Shown one piece after another: positions 48,836 to 60,774 of a DNA stretch of 64,000 nt. Position 1 is the first letter of the stretch. Every line of letters starts with the position of its first letter. Source of the stretch: Pristiophorus japonicus. Lineage: Eukaryota. The notes under the pieces are model-generated. The model saw only the letters and a list, made by a program, of their open reading frames with translations. It did no database searches and was not told where the DNA came from. Where the stretch lies: NCBI RefSeq assembly GCF_044704955.1, contig NC_091999.1, forward strand, positions 6,820,001-6,884,000, given 5' to 3'. A program made the translations under genes and the position numbers.

Positions 48836-51685
48836 AGGTTAGAGGTCGGAGGGAGGTTAGAGGTCGGAGGAAGGTTAGAGGTTGGAGGGAGGTTAGAGGT
48901 TGGAGGGAGGTTAGAGGTCAGAGCCAGGTTTGAAGTCGGAGGCAGGTTAGAGGTCGAAGGGAGGTTAGAGGTCGCAGGGAGGTTAGAGGTTGGGGGCAGA
49001 TTAGAGGTCGGAGAGAGGTTAGAGGTGGGAGGGAGGTTAGAGGTTGGAGGGAGGTTAGAGATAGGAGGTAGGTTCGAGGTCGGAGGGAGTTTAGAGGTGG
49101 GAAGTAGGTTAAAGGTGGGAGGGAGGTTAGAGGTTGGAGGGAGGTTAGAAGTTGGATGGAGGTTAGAGGTTGGAGGGAGGTTAGAGTTAGAGGGAGTTTA
49201 GAGGTGGGAGGGAGGTTAGAAGTTGGAGGGAGTTTAGAGGTGGGAGGGAGGTTAGAGGTCGGAGGGAGGTTAGAAGTTAGAGGGAGTTTAGAGGTGGGAG
49301 GGAGGTTAAAGGTAGGAGGGAGGTTCGAGGTCGGAAGGAGTTTAGAGGTCGGAGGGAGGTTAGAGGTCGGAGGGAGGTTAGAGTCGGAGGGAGTTTAGAG
49401 GTGGGAGGGAGGTTCGAGGTCGGAGGGAGTTTAGAGGTGGGAGGGAGGTTAGAGGTTGGAGGGAGGTTAGAGTCAGAGGGAGTTTAGAGGTCGGAGGGAG
49501 GTTAGAGGTTGGAGAGAGGTTCGAGGTCGGAGGGAGGTTAGAGGTTGGAGGGAGGTTAAAGGTGGGAGGGAGGTTAGAGGTTGGAGGGAGGTTAGAGGTC
49601 AGAGCCAGGTTTGAAGTCGGAGGCAGGTTAGAGGTCGAAGGGAGGTTAGAGGTCGCAGGGAGGTTAGAGGTTGGGGGCAGATTAGAGGTCGGAGAGAGGT
49701 TAGAGGTGGGAGGGAGGTTAGAGGTTGGAGGGAGGTTAGAGATAGGAGGTAGGTTCGAGGTCGGAGGGAGTTTAGAGGTGGGAAGTAGGTTAAAGGTGGG
49801 AGGGAGTTTAGAGGTTGGAGGGAGGTTAGAGGTTGGATGGAGGTTAGAGGTTGGAGGGAGGTTAGAGTTAGAGGGAGTTTAGAGGTGGGAGGGAGGTTAG
49901 AAGTTGGAGGGAGTTTAGAGGTGGGAGGGAGGTTAGAGGTCGGAGGGAGGTTAGAAGTTAGAGGGAGTTTAGAGGTGGGAGGGAGGTTAAAGGTAGGAGG
50001 GAGGTTCGAGGTCGGAAGGAGTTTAGAGGTCGGAGGGAGGTTAGAGGTCGGAGGGAGGTTAGAGTCGGAGGGAGTTTAGAGGTGGGAGGGAGGTTCGAGG
50101 TCGGAGGGAGTTTAGAGGTGGGAGGGAGGTTAGAGGTTGGAGGGAGGTTAGAGTCAGAGGGAGTTTAGAGGTCGGAGGGAGGTTAGAGGTTGGAGAGAGG
50201 TTCGAGGTCGGAGGGAGGTTAGAGGTTGGAGGGAGGTTAAAGGTGGGAGGGATGTTCGAGGTCGGAGGGAGGTTAGAGTTGGAGGGAGTTTAGAGGTGGG
50301 AGGGAGGTTAGAGGTTGGAGGGAGGTTCGAGGTCGGAGGGAGTTTAGAGGTCGGAGGGAGGTTAGAGTTGGAGGGAGGTTCGAGGTCGGAGGGAGTTTAG
50401 AGGTCGGTGGGAGGTTAGAGGTCGGAGGGAGTTTAGAGGTGGGAGGGAGGTTCGAGGTCGGAGGGAGTTTAGAGGTGGGAGGGAGGTTAGAGGTTGGAGG
50501 GAGGTTAGAGTCAGAGGGAGTTTAGAGGTCGGAGGGAGGTTAGAGGTTGGAGAGAGGTTCGAGGTCGGAGGGAGGTTAGAGTTGGAGGGAGGTTAGAGGT
50601 GGGAGGGAGGTTAGAGGTTGGAGGGAGGTTCGAGGTCGGAGGGAGTTTAGAGGTCGGAGGGAGGTTAGAGGTTGGAGGGAAGTTCGAGGTCGGAGGGAGT
50701 TTAGAGGTCGGAGGGAGTTTAGAGGTGGGAGGGAGGTTAGAGGTCGGAGGGAGGTTCGAGGTCGGAGGGAGTTTAGAGGTCGGAGAAAGTTTAGAGGTCG
50801 GAGGGAGTTTAGAGGTCGGAGGGAGTTTCGAGGTCGGAGGGAGGTTAGAGGTCGGAGGGAGGTTAGAGTCGGAGGGAGTTTAGAGGTGGGAGGGAGGTTC
50901 GAGGTCGGAGGGAGTTTAGAGGTGGGAGGGAGGTTAGAGGTCGGAGGGAGGTTCGAGGTCGGAGGGAGTTTAGAGGTGGGAGGGAGGTTAGAGGTCGTAG
51001 GGAGGTTAGAGGTCGGAGGGAGGTTAGAGGTCGGAGGGAGGTTCGAGGTCGGAGGGAGTTTAGAGGTCGGAGGGAGGTTAGAGGTCGGAGGGAGTTTAGA
51101 GGTCGGAGGGAGGTTAGAGGTCAGAGGGAGGTTAGTGGTCGGAGGGAGGTTAGAGGTCGGAGGGAGGTTCGAGGTCGGAGGGAGTTTAGAGGTCGGAGGG
51201 AGGTTAGAGGTTGGAGGGAGGTTAGAGTCGGAAGGAGTTTAGAGGTGGGAGGGAGGTTAGAGGTCGGAGGGAGGTTAGAGGTCGGAGGGAGGTTCGAGGT
51301 CGGAGGGAGGTTTGAGGTCAGAGGGAGGTTAGAGGTCGGAGGGAGTTTAGAGGTGGGAGGGAGGTTAGAGGTCGGAGGGAGGTTAGAGGTCGGAGGGAGT
51401 TTAGAGGTCAGAGGGAGGTTCGAGGTCGGAGGGAGGTTAGAGGTGGGAGGGAGGTTAGAGGTCGGATGGAGATTTGAGGTCAGAGGGAGGTTCGAGGTCG
51501 GAGGGAGTTTAGAGGTGGGAGGGAGGTTAGAGGTCGGAGGGAGGTTTGAGGTCGGAGGGAGTTTAGAGGTGGGAGGGAGGTTAGAGGTCGGAGGGAGGTT
51601 AGAGGTCGGAGGGAGGTTAGAGGTCGGAGGGAGGTTCGAGGTCGGAGGGAGTTTAGAGGTCGGAGGGAGGTTAGAGGTCGGTGGG
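48836..51685 (+). repeat. 18-bp purine-rich minisatellite, about 2.85 kb (about 158 units), with a 681-bp higher-order duplication
   Basis: Unit gggaggttagaggtcgga; identical variant strings at 49156 and 49837. Confidence 0.96.
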
Positions 51686-51912
51686 AGGGATCTCAGAGAG
51701 CCCTCACTCACACCACGGCCGGGGGAGAGAGAGAGATGGGCTCAGTTCAGTCCCCAGGACCCCTCGCCAAGCCAGGACCCCCACTGGGCAACCACCGACT
51801 CCCAGAGAGCGGCCACAGGGACGATCGAGGCGACGGAGGGGCATCTCCGATCACCATCGCTCCTTCTGCTCCCATACACACTTCACATCCGCTGTTCTCT
51901 GAGGGCAGTGTG

Positions 51913-51941
51913 TTTCGGGAATCACCAGAACTTTCAGTTTC
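51913..51941. promoter_or_regulatory. Candidate ISRE with adjacent GAS-like and kappaB-like motifs
   Basis: ACTTTCAGTTTC at 51930-51941 (GAAACTGAAAGT on - strand), TTTCGGGAA at 51913-51921 and GGGAATCACC at 51917-51926, in a unique island. Motif match only. Confidence 0.4.
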
Positions 51942-53819
51942 GCTCAAAGAGGGAAGCGATTCACGACAGAAGTGGGTGGATGTAGAGAGGATGTTGCCAC
52001 TGATAGGGGAAACTAACACTAAGGGGTCGCCCATTTAAAACTGAGATGAGGAGGAATTTCTTCTCTCAGAGGGTTGTAAATCTGTGGAATTCTCTGCCCC
52101 AGAGAGCTGTGGAGGCTGGGTCATTGAATATATTTAAGGCGGAGATAGACAGATTTTTGAGCGATAAGGGGAGCGGGCGGGGAAGTGGAGCTGAGTCCAT
52201 GATCAGATCAGCCATGATCGTATTAAATGGCCTGTGCTGTACCTGCTCTGGGAGTGTTTGATGGGACAGTGTAGAGGGAGCATTACTCTGTATCTAACCC
52301 CGTGCTGTACCTGCCCTGGGAGTGTTTGATGGGACAGAGTAGGGGGAACTTTACTCTGTATCTAACCCCGTGCTGTACCTCTCCTGGGAGTGTTTGATGG
52401 GACAGTGCAGAGCGAGCTTTACTCTGTATCGAACCCCGTGCTGAACCTGCCCTGTGACTGTTTGATGGGACAGTGCAGAGGGAGCTTTACTCTGTAACTA
52501 ACCCTGTGCTGCACCTGACCTGGGAGTGTTTGATGAGACAGTGTAGAGGGAGCTTTACACAATATCTAACCCGTGATGTACCTGCCCTGGGAGTGTTTGA
52601 TGGGACAGTGCAGAGGGAGCTTTACTCTGTATCTAACCCCGTGCTGTACCTGCCCTGGGTGTGTTTGATGGGACAGTGTAGAGGGAGCTTTGCTCTGTAT
52701 CTAACCCCGTGCTGTACCTGCCCTGGGAGTGTTTGATGGGACAGTGTAGAGGGAGGACAGACGCACCAACGTTAGCGTCCTCGACCAGGCCAACATCCCC
52801 AGCATCGAAGCACTGACCACACACTCGACCAGCTCCGCTGGGCAGGGCCACATTGTCCGCATGGCCCCCAGACACAAGACTCCCAAAGCGAGCGCTCTAC
52901 TCGGAACTCCTTCACGGCAAACGAGCCAAAGGTGGGCAGAGGAAACGTTGCAAGGGACCACCCTCAAAGCCTCCCTGATAAAGTGCAACATCCCCACCGA
53001 CACCTGGGAGTCCCTGGGCCCAAAGACCAGTCCCGCCCTAAGTGCAGGAAGTGCATCCGGGAGGGCGCTGAGCACCTCGAGTCTCGTCGCCGAGAGCGCG
53101 CAGAAACCGAAGGAGCGTGTGGCAAACCAGTCCCACCCTCCCCTTCCCTCAACCACTGTCTGTCCCACCTGTGACAGGGACTGTGGCTCCCGTATTGGAC
53201 TGTTCAGCCACCTAAGGGCTCATGTTTAGAGTGGAAGCAAGTCTTCCTCGATTCCGAGGGACTGCCCATGATGATGAAGGATGAAAACAATGGGGTTGTT
53301 ACATTTTAATAAGCTAACTGAAGAGGCCCTGAACTGATCGGCCAGAGGGGGAATCAAATTTCTCTGGAGACCCCAAGTCTGCAAGGAACCAGAACAACAA
53401 AGGGATCCCACCAGGTGCACAGTTTTGGAGAACGAGGTGATTCAGATGAGGACTTAGCTTTGGCCTTGTAAACTCAACTTGCAAATTGGGGACATCCAGG
53501 TCAGTCAGTCAAACAAGGTCACCACAAACATCATCACAGGCAGGCCCTCGGAATCGAGGTTAAGCCTAAATGTTGTGCCACGTGTTGACCTGTTTCCCAT
53601 AATTCCCAAGGTCTCCGAATCGAGGGAGAGTGAAAACACAAACACCCGACAATAATTTTAATGACCTCTATTAGGTCACCCCTCAGCCTTCTTTTTTCAG
53701 AGAAAAGAGACCCAGCCTGTTCATCCTTTCCTGATTATGTAAACCCTCGCATTTCTGGTATCATCCTTGTAAATCTTCTCTTCACCCTCTTCAGTGCCTC
53801 CATATCCTTTTTATAATAA

Positions 53820-56800
53820 GGCGACCAGAACTGTGCACAGTGCTCCAAGTGTGGTCTAACCCAGGTATATGGAGACCAGAACTGTGCACAGTGCTCCAAG
53901 TGTGGTCTAACCCTGGTATATGGAGACCAGAACTGTGCATGGTGCTCCAAGTGTGGTCTAACCCAGGTATATGGAGACCAGAACTGTGCACGGTGCTCCA
54001 AGTGTGGTCTAACCAAGGTATATGGAGACCAGAACTGTGCACGGTGCTCCAAGTGTGGTCTAACCAAGGTATATGGAGACCAGAACTGTGCATGGTGCTC
54101 CAAGTGTGGTCTAACCCAGGTATATGGAGACCAGAACTGTGCACAGTGCTCCAAGTGTGGTCTAACCCAGGTATATGGAGACCAGAACTGTGCACAGTGC
54201 TCCAAGTGTGGTCTAACCCAGGTATATGGAGACCAGAACTGTGCACGGTGCTCCAAGTGTGGTCTAACCAAGGTATATGGAGACCAGAACTGTGCACAGT
54301 ACTCCAAGTGTGGTCTAACCAAGGTATATGGAGACCAGAACTGTGCACAGTTCTCCAAGTGTGGTCTAACCAGGAGACCAGAACTGTGCACGGTGCTCCA
54401 AGTGTGGTCTAACCAAGGTATATGGAGACCAGAACTGTGCACAGTACTCCAAGTGTGGTCTAACCAAGGTATATGGAGACCAGAACTGTGCACGGTGCTC
54501 CAAGTGTGTTCTAACCAAGGTATATGGAGACCAGAACTGTGCACAGTGCTCCAAGTGTGGTCTAACCAAGGTATATGGAGACCCGAACTGTGCACAGTGC
54601 TCCAAGTGTGGTCTAACCAAGGTATATGGAGACCAGAACTGTGCACGGTGCTCCAAGTGTGGTCTAACCAAGGTATATGGAGACCAGAACTGTGCACGGT
54701 GCTCCAAGTGTGGTCTAACCAAGGTATATGGAGACCAGAACTGTGCACAGTGCTCCAAGTGTGGTCTAACCAAGGTATATGGAGACCAGAACTGTGCACA
54801 GTACTCCAAGTGTGGTCTAACCAAGGTATATGGAGACCAGAACTGTGCACGGTGCTCCAAGTGTGGTCTAACCAAGGTATATGGAGACCAGAACTGTGCA
54901 CAGTGCTCCAAGTGTGGTCTAACCCAGGTATATGGAGACCAGAACTGTGCACGGTGCTCCAAGTGTGGTCTAACCCACGTATATGGAGACCAAAACTGTG
55001 CACAGTGCTCCAAGTGTGGTCTAACCCAGGTATATGGAGACCAGAACTGTGCACAGTACTCCAAGTGTGAAAAGGGAGGGTGAACAGCCAGTTGTCGTGG
55101 TGCACATAGGTACCAACGACATAGGTAAAAAACGGGATGAGGTCCTACAAGACGAATTTAGGGAGCTAGGAGTTAAATTAAAAAGTAGGACCTCAAAAGT
55201 AGTAATCTCAGGATTGCTACCAGTGCCACGTGCTAGTCAGAGTAAGAATCGCAGGATAGCTCAGATGAATACGTGGCTTGAGGAGTGGTGCAGAAGGGAG
55301 GGATTCAAATTCCTGGGACATTGGAACCGGTTCTTGGGGAAGTGGGACCAGTACAAACCGGACGGTCTGCACCTGGGCAGGACCGGAACCAATGTCCTAG
55401 GGGGAGTGTTTGCTAGTGCTGTTGGGGAGGAGTTAAACTAATATGGCAGGGGGATGGGAACCTATGCAGGGAGGCAGAGGGAAATAAAAGGGAGACAGAG
55501 GCAAAAGATAGAAAAGAGAATAGTAAAATTGGAGGGCAGAGAAACCCAAGGTAAAAAACAAAAAGGGCCACATTATAGCAAAATTCGAAAGGGGTAAAGT
55601 GTGTTAAAAAGACAAGCCTGAAGGCTCTGTGCCTCAATGCGAGGAGGATTCTGAATAAGGTGGACAAATTAACTGCACAGATAACAGTTAATGGATATGA
55701 TGTAATTGGCATCACGGAGACATGGCTCCAGGGTGACCAAGGCTGGGAACTCAACATCCAGGGGTATTCAACATTTAGGAAGGATAGACAGAAAAGAAAA
55801 GGAGGCGGGGTGGTGTTGCTGGATAAAGAGGAAATTAACACAATAGTGAGGAAGAACATTGGTTTGGATGATGTGGAATCGGTATGGGTGGAGCTACGGA
55901 ATACCAAAGGGCAGAAGATGCTAGTGGGAGTTGTGTACAGACCACCAAACAATAGTAGTGAGGTTGGAGACAGCATCAAACAAGAAATAAGGAATGTGTG
56001 CAATAAAGGTACAGCAGTTATCATGGGTGACTTTAATCTACATATAGATTGGGCTAACAAAACTGGTAGCAATACGGTGGAGGAGAAATTCCTGGAGTGT
56101 ATTAGGGATAGTTTTCTTGACCAATATGTCAAGGAACCAACTAGAGGGCTGGCCATCCTAGACTGGGTGATGTGTAATGAGAAAGGACTAATTAGCAATC
56201 TTGTGCGAGGCCCCTTGGGGAAGAGTGACCATAACATGGTAGAATTCTTTATTAGGATGGAGAGTGACACAGTTAAATCAGAAACTAGGGTCCTGAACTT
56301 AAGGAAAGGTAACTTCGACGGCATGAGGCATGAATTGGCTAGAATAGACCGGCGAATGATACTTAAAGGGTTGACAGTGGATAGGCAATGGCAAACATTT
56401 AAAGATCACATGGATGAACTTCAACAATTGTACATCCCTGTCTGGAGTAAAAAATAAAATGGGGAAAGTGGCTCAACCGTGGCTAACAAGGGAAATTAAG
56501 GATAGTGTAAGATCCAGGGAAGAGGCATATAAATTGGCCAGAAAAAGCAGCAAACCTGAGGACTGGAAGAAATTTATAATTCACAGAGGAGGACAAAGGG
56601 TTTAATTAGGAGGGAGAAAATAGAGTATGAGAGGAAGCTTGCTGGGAACATAAAAACTGACTGCAAAAGCTTCTTTAGATATGTGAAGAGAAAAAGATTA
56701 GTGAAGACAAACATAGGTCCCTTGTAGTCGGACTCGGGTGAATTTATAATGGGGAAAAAAGAAATGGCAGACCAATTGAACAAATACTTTGGTTCTGTCT

Positions 56801-59070
56801 TCACTAAGGAAGACACAAATAACCTTCCAGATGTACTCGTGGACCGAGGGTTTAGTGAGAAGGAGGAACTGAAGGATATGCTAATTAGGCGGGAAATTGT
56901 GTTGGGGAAATTGATGGGATTGAAGGCCGATAAATCCCCGGGGCCTGATAGTCTTCATCCCAGAGTACTTAAGGAAGTGGCCCTAGAAATAGTGAATGCA
57001 TTGGTGATCATTTTCCAACTGTCTATCGATTCTGGATCGGTTCCTATGGACTGGAGGGTAGCTAATGTAACACCACTTTTTAAAAAAGGAGGGAGAGAGA
57101 AAACAGGTATACACCAGTTAGCCTGACATCAGTAGTGGGGAAAATGTTGGAATCAATTATTAAAGATGAAATAGCAGCGCATTTGGAAAGCAGTGACAGG
57201 ATCGGTCCAAGTCAGCATGGATTTATGAAAGGGAAATCATGCTTGACAAATCTTCTGGAATTTTTTGAGGATGTAACTAGTAGAGTGGACAAGGGAGAAC
57301 CAATGGATGTGGTGTATTTGGACTTTCAAAAGGCTTTTGACAAGGTCCCACACAAGAGATTGGTGTGCAAAATCAAAGCACATGATATTGGGGGTAATGT
57401 ACTGATGTGGATAGAGAACTGGTTGGCAGACAGGAAGCAGAGAGTCGGGATAAACGGGTCCTTTTCGGAATGGGAGGCAGTGACTAGTGGGGTGCCGCAG
57501 GGCTCAGTGCTGGGACCCCAGCTATTTACAATATACATCAATGATTTGAATGAAGGAATTGAGTGTAATATCTCCAAGTATTCAGATGATACTAAACTGG
57601 GTGGAGGTGTGAGCTGTGAGGAGGATGCTAAGAGGCTGCAGGATGATTTGGACAGGTTAGGTGAGTGGGCAAATGCATGGCAGATGCAGTATAATGTGGA
57701 TAAGTGTGAGGTTATCCACTTTGGGGGCAAAAATCATGAAGGCAGAATATTATCTGAATGGCGGCAGATTAGGAAAAGGGGAGGTGCAATGAGACCTGGG
57801 TGTCATGGTTCATCAGTCATAGAAAGTTGGCATGCAGGTACAGCAGGCGGTGAAAAAGGCAAATGCTATGTTGGCCTTCACAGCTAGGGGATTTGAGTAT
57901 AGGAGCAGGGAGGTCTTACTGCAATTGTAAAGGGCCTTGGTGAGGCCTCACTTGTAATATTGTGTTCAGTTTTGGTCTCCTAATCTGAGGAAGGACATTC
58001 TTGCTTTTGAGGGAGTGCAGCGAAGGTTCACCAGACTGATTCCCAGGATGGCAGGAGTGACATATGAGGAGAGACTGGATCAACTGGGCCTTTATACACT
58101 GGAGTTTAGATGGATGAGAGGGGATCTCATAGAAACGTATAAGATTCTGACGGGACGGGACAGGTTAGATGTGGGAAGAATGTTCCCGATGTTGGGGAAG
58201 TCCAGAAATAGGGGACACAGTCTAAGGATAAGGGGTAAGCCATTTAGGACCGAGATGAGGAGAAACATCTTCACTCAGAGAATTGTGAACCTGTGGAATT
58301 ACCTACTGCAGAGAGTTGTTGATGCCAGTTCATTGGGTGTATTCAAGAAGGGAGTTAGATGTGGCCCTTACGGCTAAAGGGATCAAGGGATATGGAGAGA
58401 AAGCAGGAAAGAGGTACTGAGGTGAAGGATCAGCCATGACCTTATTGAATGGCGGTGCAGGCTCGAAGGGCCGAATGGCCTACTCCTGCACCTATTTTCT
58501 ATGTTTCTATGTTTCTACATGGAGACCCAAACTGTGCACAGTGCTCCAAGTGTGGTCTAACCCAGGTATATGGAGACCAGAACTGTGCACAGTGCTCCAA
58601 GTGTGGTCTAACCCAGGTATATGGAGACCAGAACTGTACACAGTGCTCCAAGTGTGGTCGAACCCAGGTATATGTTGACCAGAACTGTACACTGTGCTCC
58701 AAGTGTGGTCTAACCCAGGTATATGGAGACCAGAACTGTGCACGGTGCTCCAAGTGTGGTCTAACCCAGGTATATGGAGACCAGAACTGTGCACAGTGCT
58801 CCAAGTGTGGTCCAACCCAGGTATATGGAGACCAGAACTGTACACAGTGCTCCAAGTGTGGTCTAACCCAGGTATATGGTGACCAGAACTGTGCACGGTG
58901 CTCCAAGTGTGGCCTAACCAAGGTATATGGAGACCAGAACTGTGCACAGTTCTCCAAGTGTGGTCTAACCCAGGTATATGGTGACCAGAACTGTGTACAG
59001 TGCTCCAAGTGTGGTCTAACCCAGGTATATGGAGACTAGAACTGTGTACGGTGCTCCAAGTGTGGTCCAG
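53820..59070 (-). repeat. 51-bp CR1-derived array split into 53820-55070 and 58520-59070 by a CR1 insertion
   Basis: Same unit and orientation on both sides of the element. Confidence 0.92.
55070..58515 (+). mobile_element. Long CR1 LINE: 3' part of ORF1 (SGNH esterase) plus disrupted ORF2
   Basis: VVVHIGTND and DGLHL esterase motifs, followed by APE and RT motifs with stops; (TTTCTATG)n tail. Confidence 0.94.
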
Positions 59071-59634
59071 TTTTAGCATAACTTCCCTTTTTTCAATGTT
59101 ATCCCTCTACAAATAACCCAAGTGTTTTTTATAGCATTTTGTTATGATTCAGGCTGCAATTTTCCATTTCCTCAGTGGAGCTGACTTTGCTGAACAGCAG
59201 GATCGGTGATGAACATTTACAATACATTGTGAAACAAAGCAGCCTAGCCAAGTCTTGAGTTCGGAAAAGGGACTGACTCGTGGTGATTAGTTGCGTGATT
59301 AACGTTAAACACGTGAGCTTCTCATTTCTGGGGACATTGTGCGCAATAACGATGATCACAGCAAAGACATTGTGCGTGACTAGAGGGCTAGAAATATCTT
59401 GAATTTTGCTTTTAGTAGAGAGACACAAGGATGAAAGTTTCGATGGTGGGATAAACGGGGTTAATTGTCTTTATTTCCCTGTTTGGTCAAGGGAGAGGGC
59501 ATGGTGGAGGGGGCTGAATTTCTGCCCTGTGTGCTGTAAAATTCACTCATTTTATGATCTGAGAGGCGCAGATATCAACAAACTCTGGGCTACTTGGAAA
59601 TTCCACTACAGGTTGATCCTCTGCGGGAATCATC

Positions 59635-59920
59635 ACCCCCCCCCCCCCAACTGTGGGACCCTCACTCCCAAACTGTGGTCTCCTCACCCCCCCAACTGTG
59701 GGACCCTCACTCCCAAACTGTGGTCTCCTCACCCCCCAAACTGTGGGACCCTCACCCCAAAACTGTGGTCTCCTCACCCCCCAAACTGTGGGACCCTCAC
59801 CCCCCCAAACTGTGGTCTCCTCACCCCCCAAACTGTGGGACCCTCACCCCCCCCAAACTGTGGGACCCTCACCCCCAAACTGTGGCCTCCTCACCCCCCA
59901 AGCTGTGGTCTCCTCACCAG
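59635..59920 (+). repeat. About 22/45-bp C-rich tandem array
   Basis: Alternating ccccaaactgtgggaccctca and ccccaaactgtggtctcctca units. Confidence 0.9.
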
Positions 59921-59929
59921 CCCCACTCC

Positions 59930-60762
59930 CCCGGCCCAGGTACAGGGTATAGACAACCCCCCGCCCTCCCCCCCGGCCCAGGAACAAGGTATAGACGAGC
60001 CCTCCCCTCTCCCCCCCGGCCCAGAAACAGGGTATAGACGACCCCCTGGGCCAGGAACAGGGTATAGACGACCCCCCGGCCCAGGAACAGGGTATAGACC
60101 ACCCCCCGGCCCAGGAACAGGGTATAGACGATCCCCCGGCCCAGGAACAGGGTATGGATGACCCCCCGGCCCAGGAACAGGGTATAGACGACCCCTCGGC
60201 CCAGGAACAGGGTATAGACCACCCCCCGGCCCAGGAACAGGGTATAGACGATTCCCCGGCCCAGGAACAGGGTATAGACGACCCCCCAGCCCAGGAACAG
60301 GGTATAGACGACCCCTCGGCCCAGGAACAGGGTACAGACGACCCCCCGGCCCAGGAACAGGGTATAGACCCCCCCCCAGCCCAGGAACAGGGTACAGACC
60401 ACCTCCCGGCCCAGGAACAGGGTATAGACGACCCCCCGGCCCAGGAACAAGGTATAGATGACCCCCCGGCCCAGGAACAGGGTATAGACGACCCCCCGGC
60501 CCAGGAACAGGGTATAGACCACCCCCCGGCCCAGGAACAGGGTATAGACCACCCCCCGGCCCAGGAACAGGGTATAGACGACCCCCCGGGCCAGGAACAG
60601 GGTATAGACCACCCCCCGGCCCAGGAACAGGGTATAGACCACCCCCCCCGGCCCAGGAACAGGGTATAGACGACCCCCCGGCCCAGGAACACGGTATAGA
60701 CCACCCCCCGGCCCAGGAACAGGGTATAGACCACCCCCCGGCCCAGGAACAGGGTATAGACG
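59930..60762 (+). repeat. 30-bp tandem array (about 27 copies) abutting the V exon donor
   Basis: Unit ggcccaggaacagggtatagacgacccccc. Confidence 0.95.
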
Positions 60763-60774
60763 AGGCCCACCTAC

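Noticed and set aside
48836-51685. Bona fide immunoglobulin class-switch region
   Set aside because: The G-rich strand is the template strand, AGCT palindromes are absent from the unit, and there is no second C cluster in the window. Kept only as a weak analogy.
53735-55105. Long repetitive ORFs (up to 456 aa; also 29827-30825, 40115-41116, 51245-51985, 58449-59039, 61234-62091)
   Set aside because: They result from stop-free tandem units whose lengths are multiples of three; no splice or domain support.
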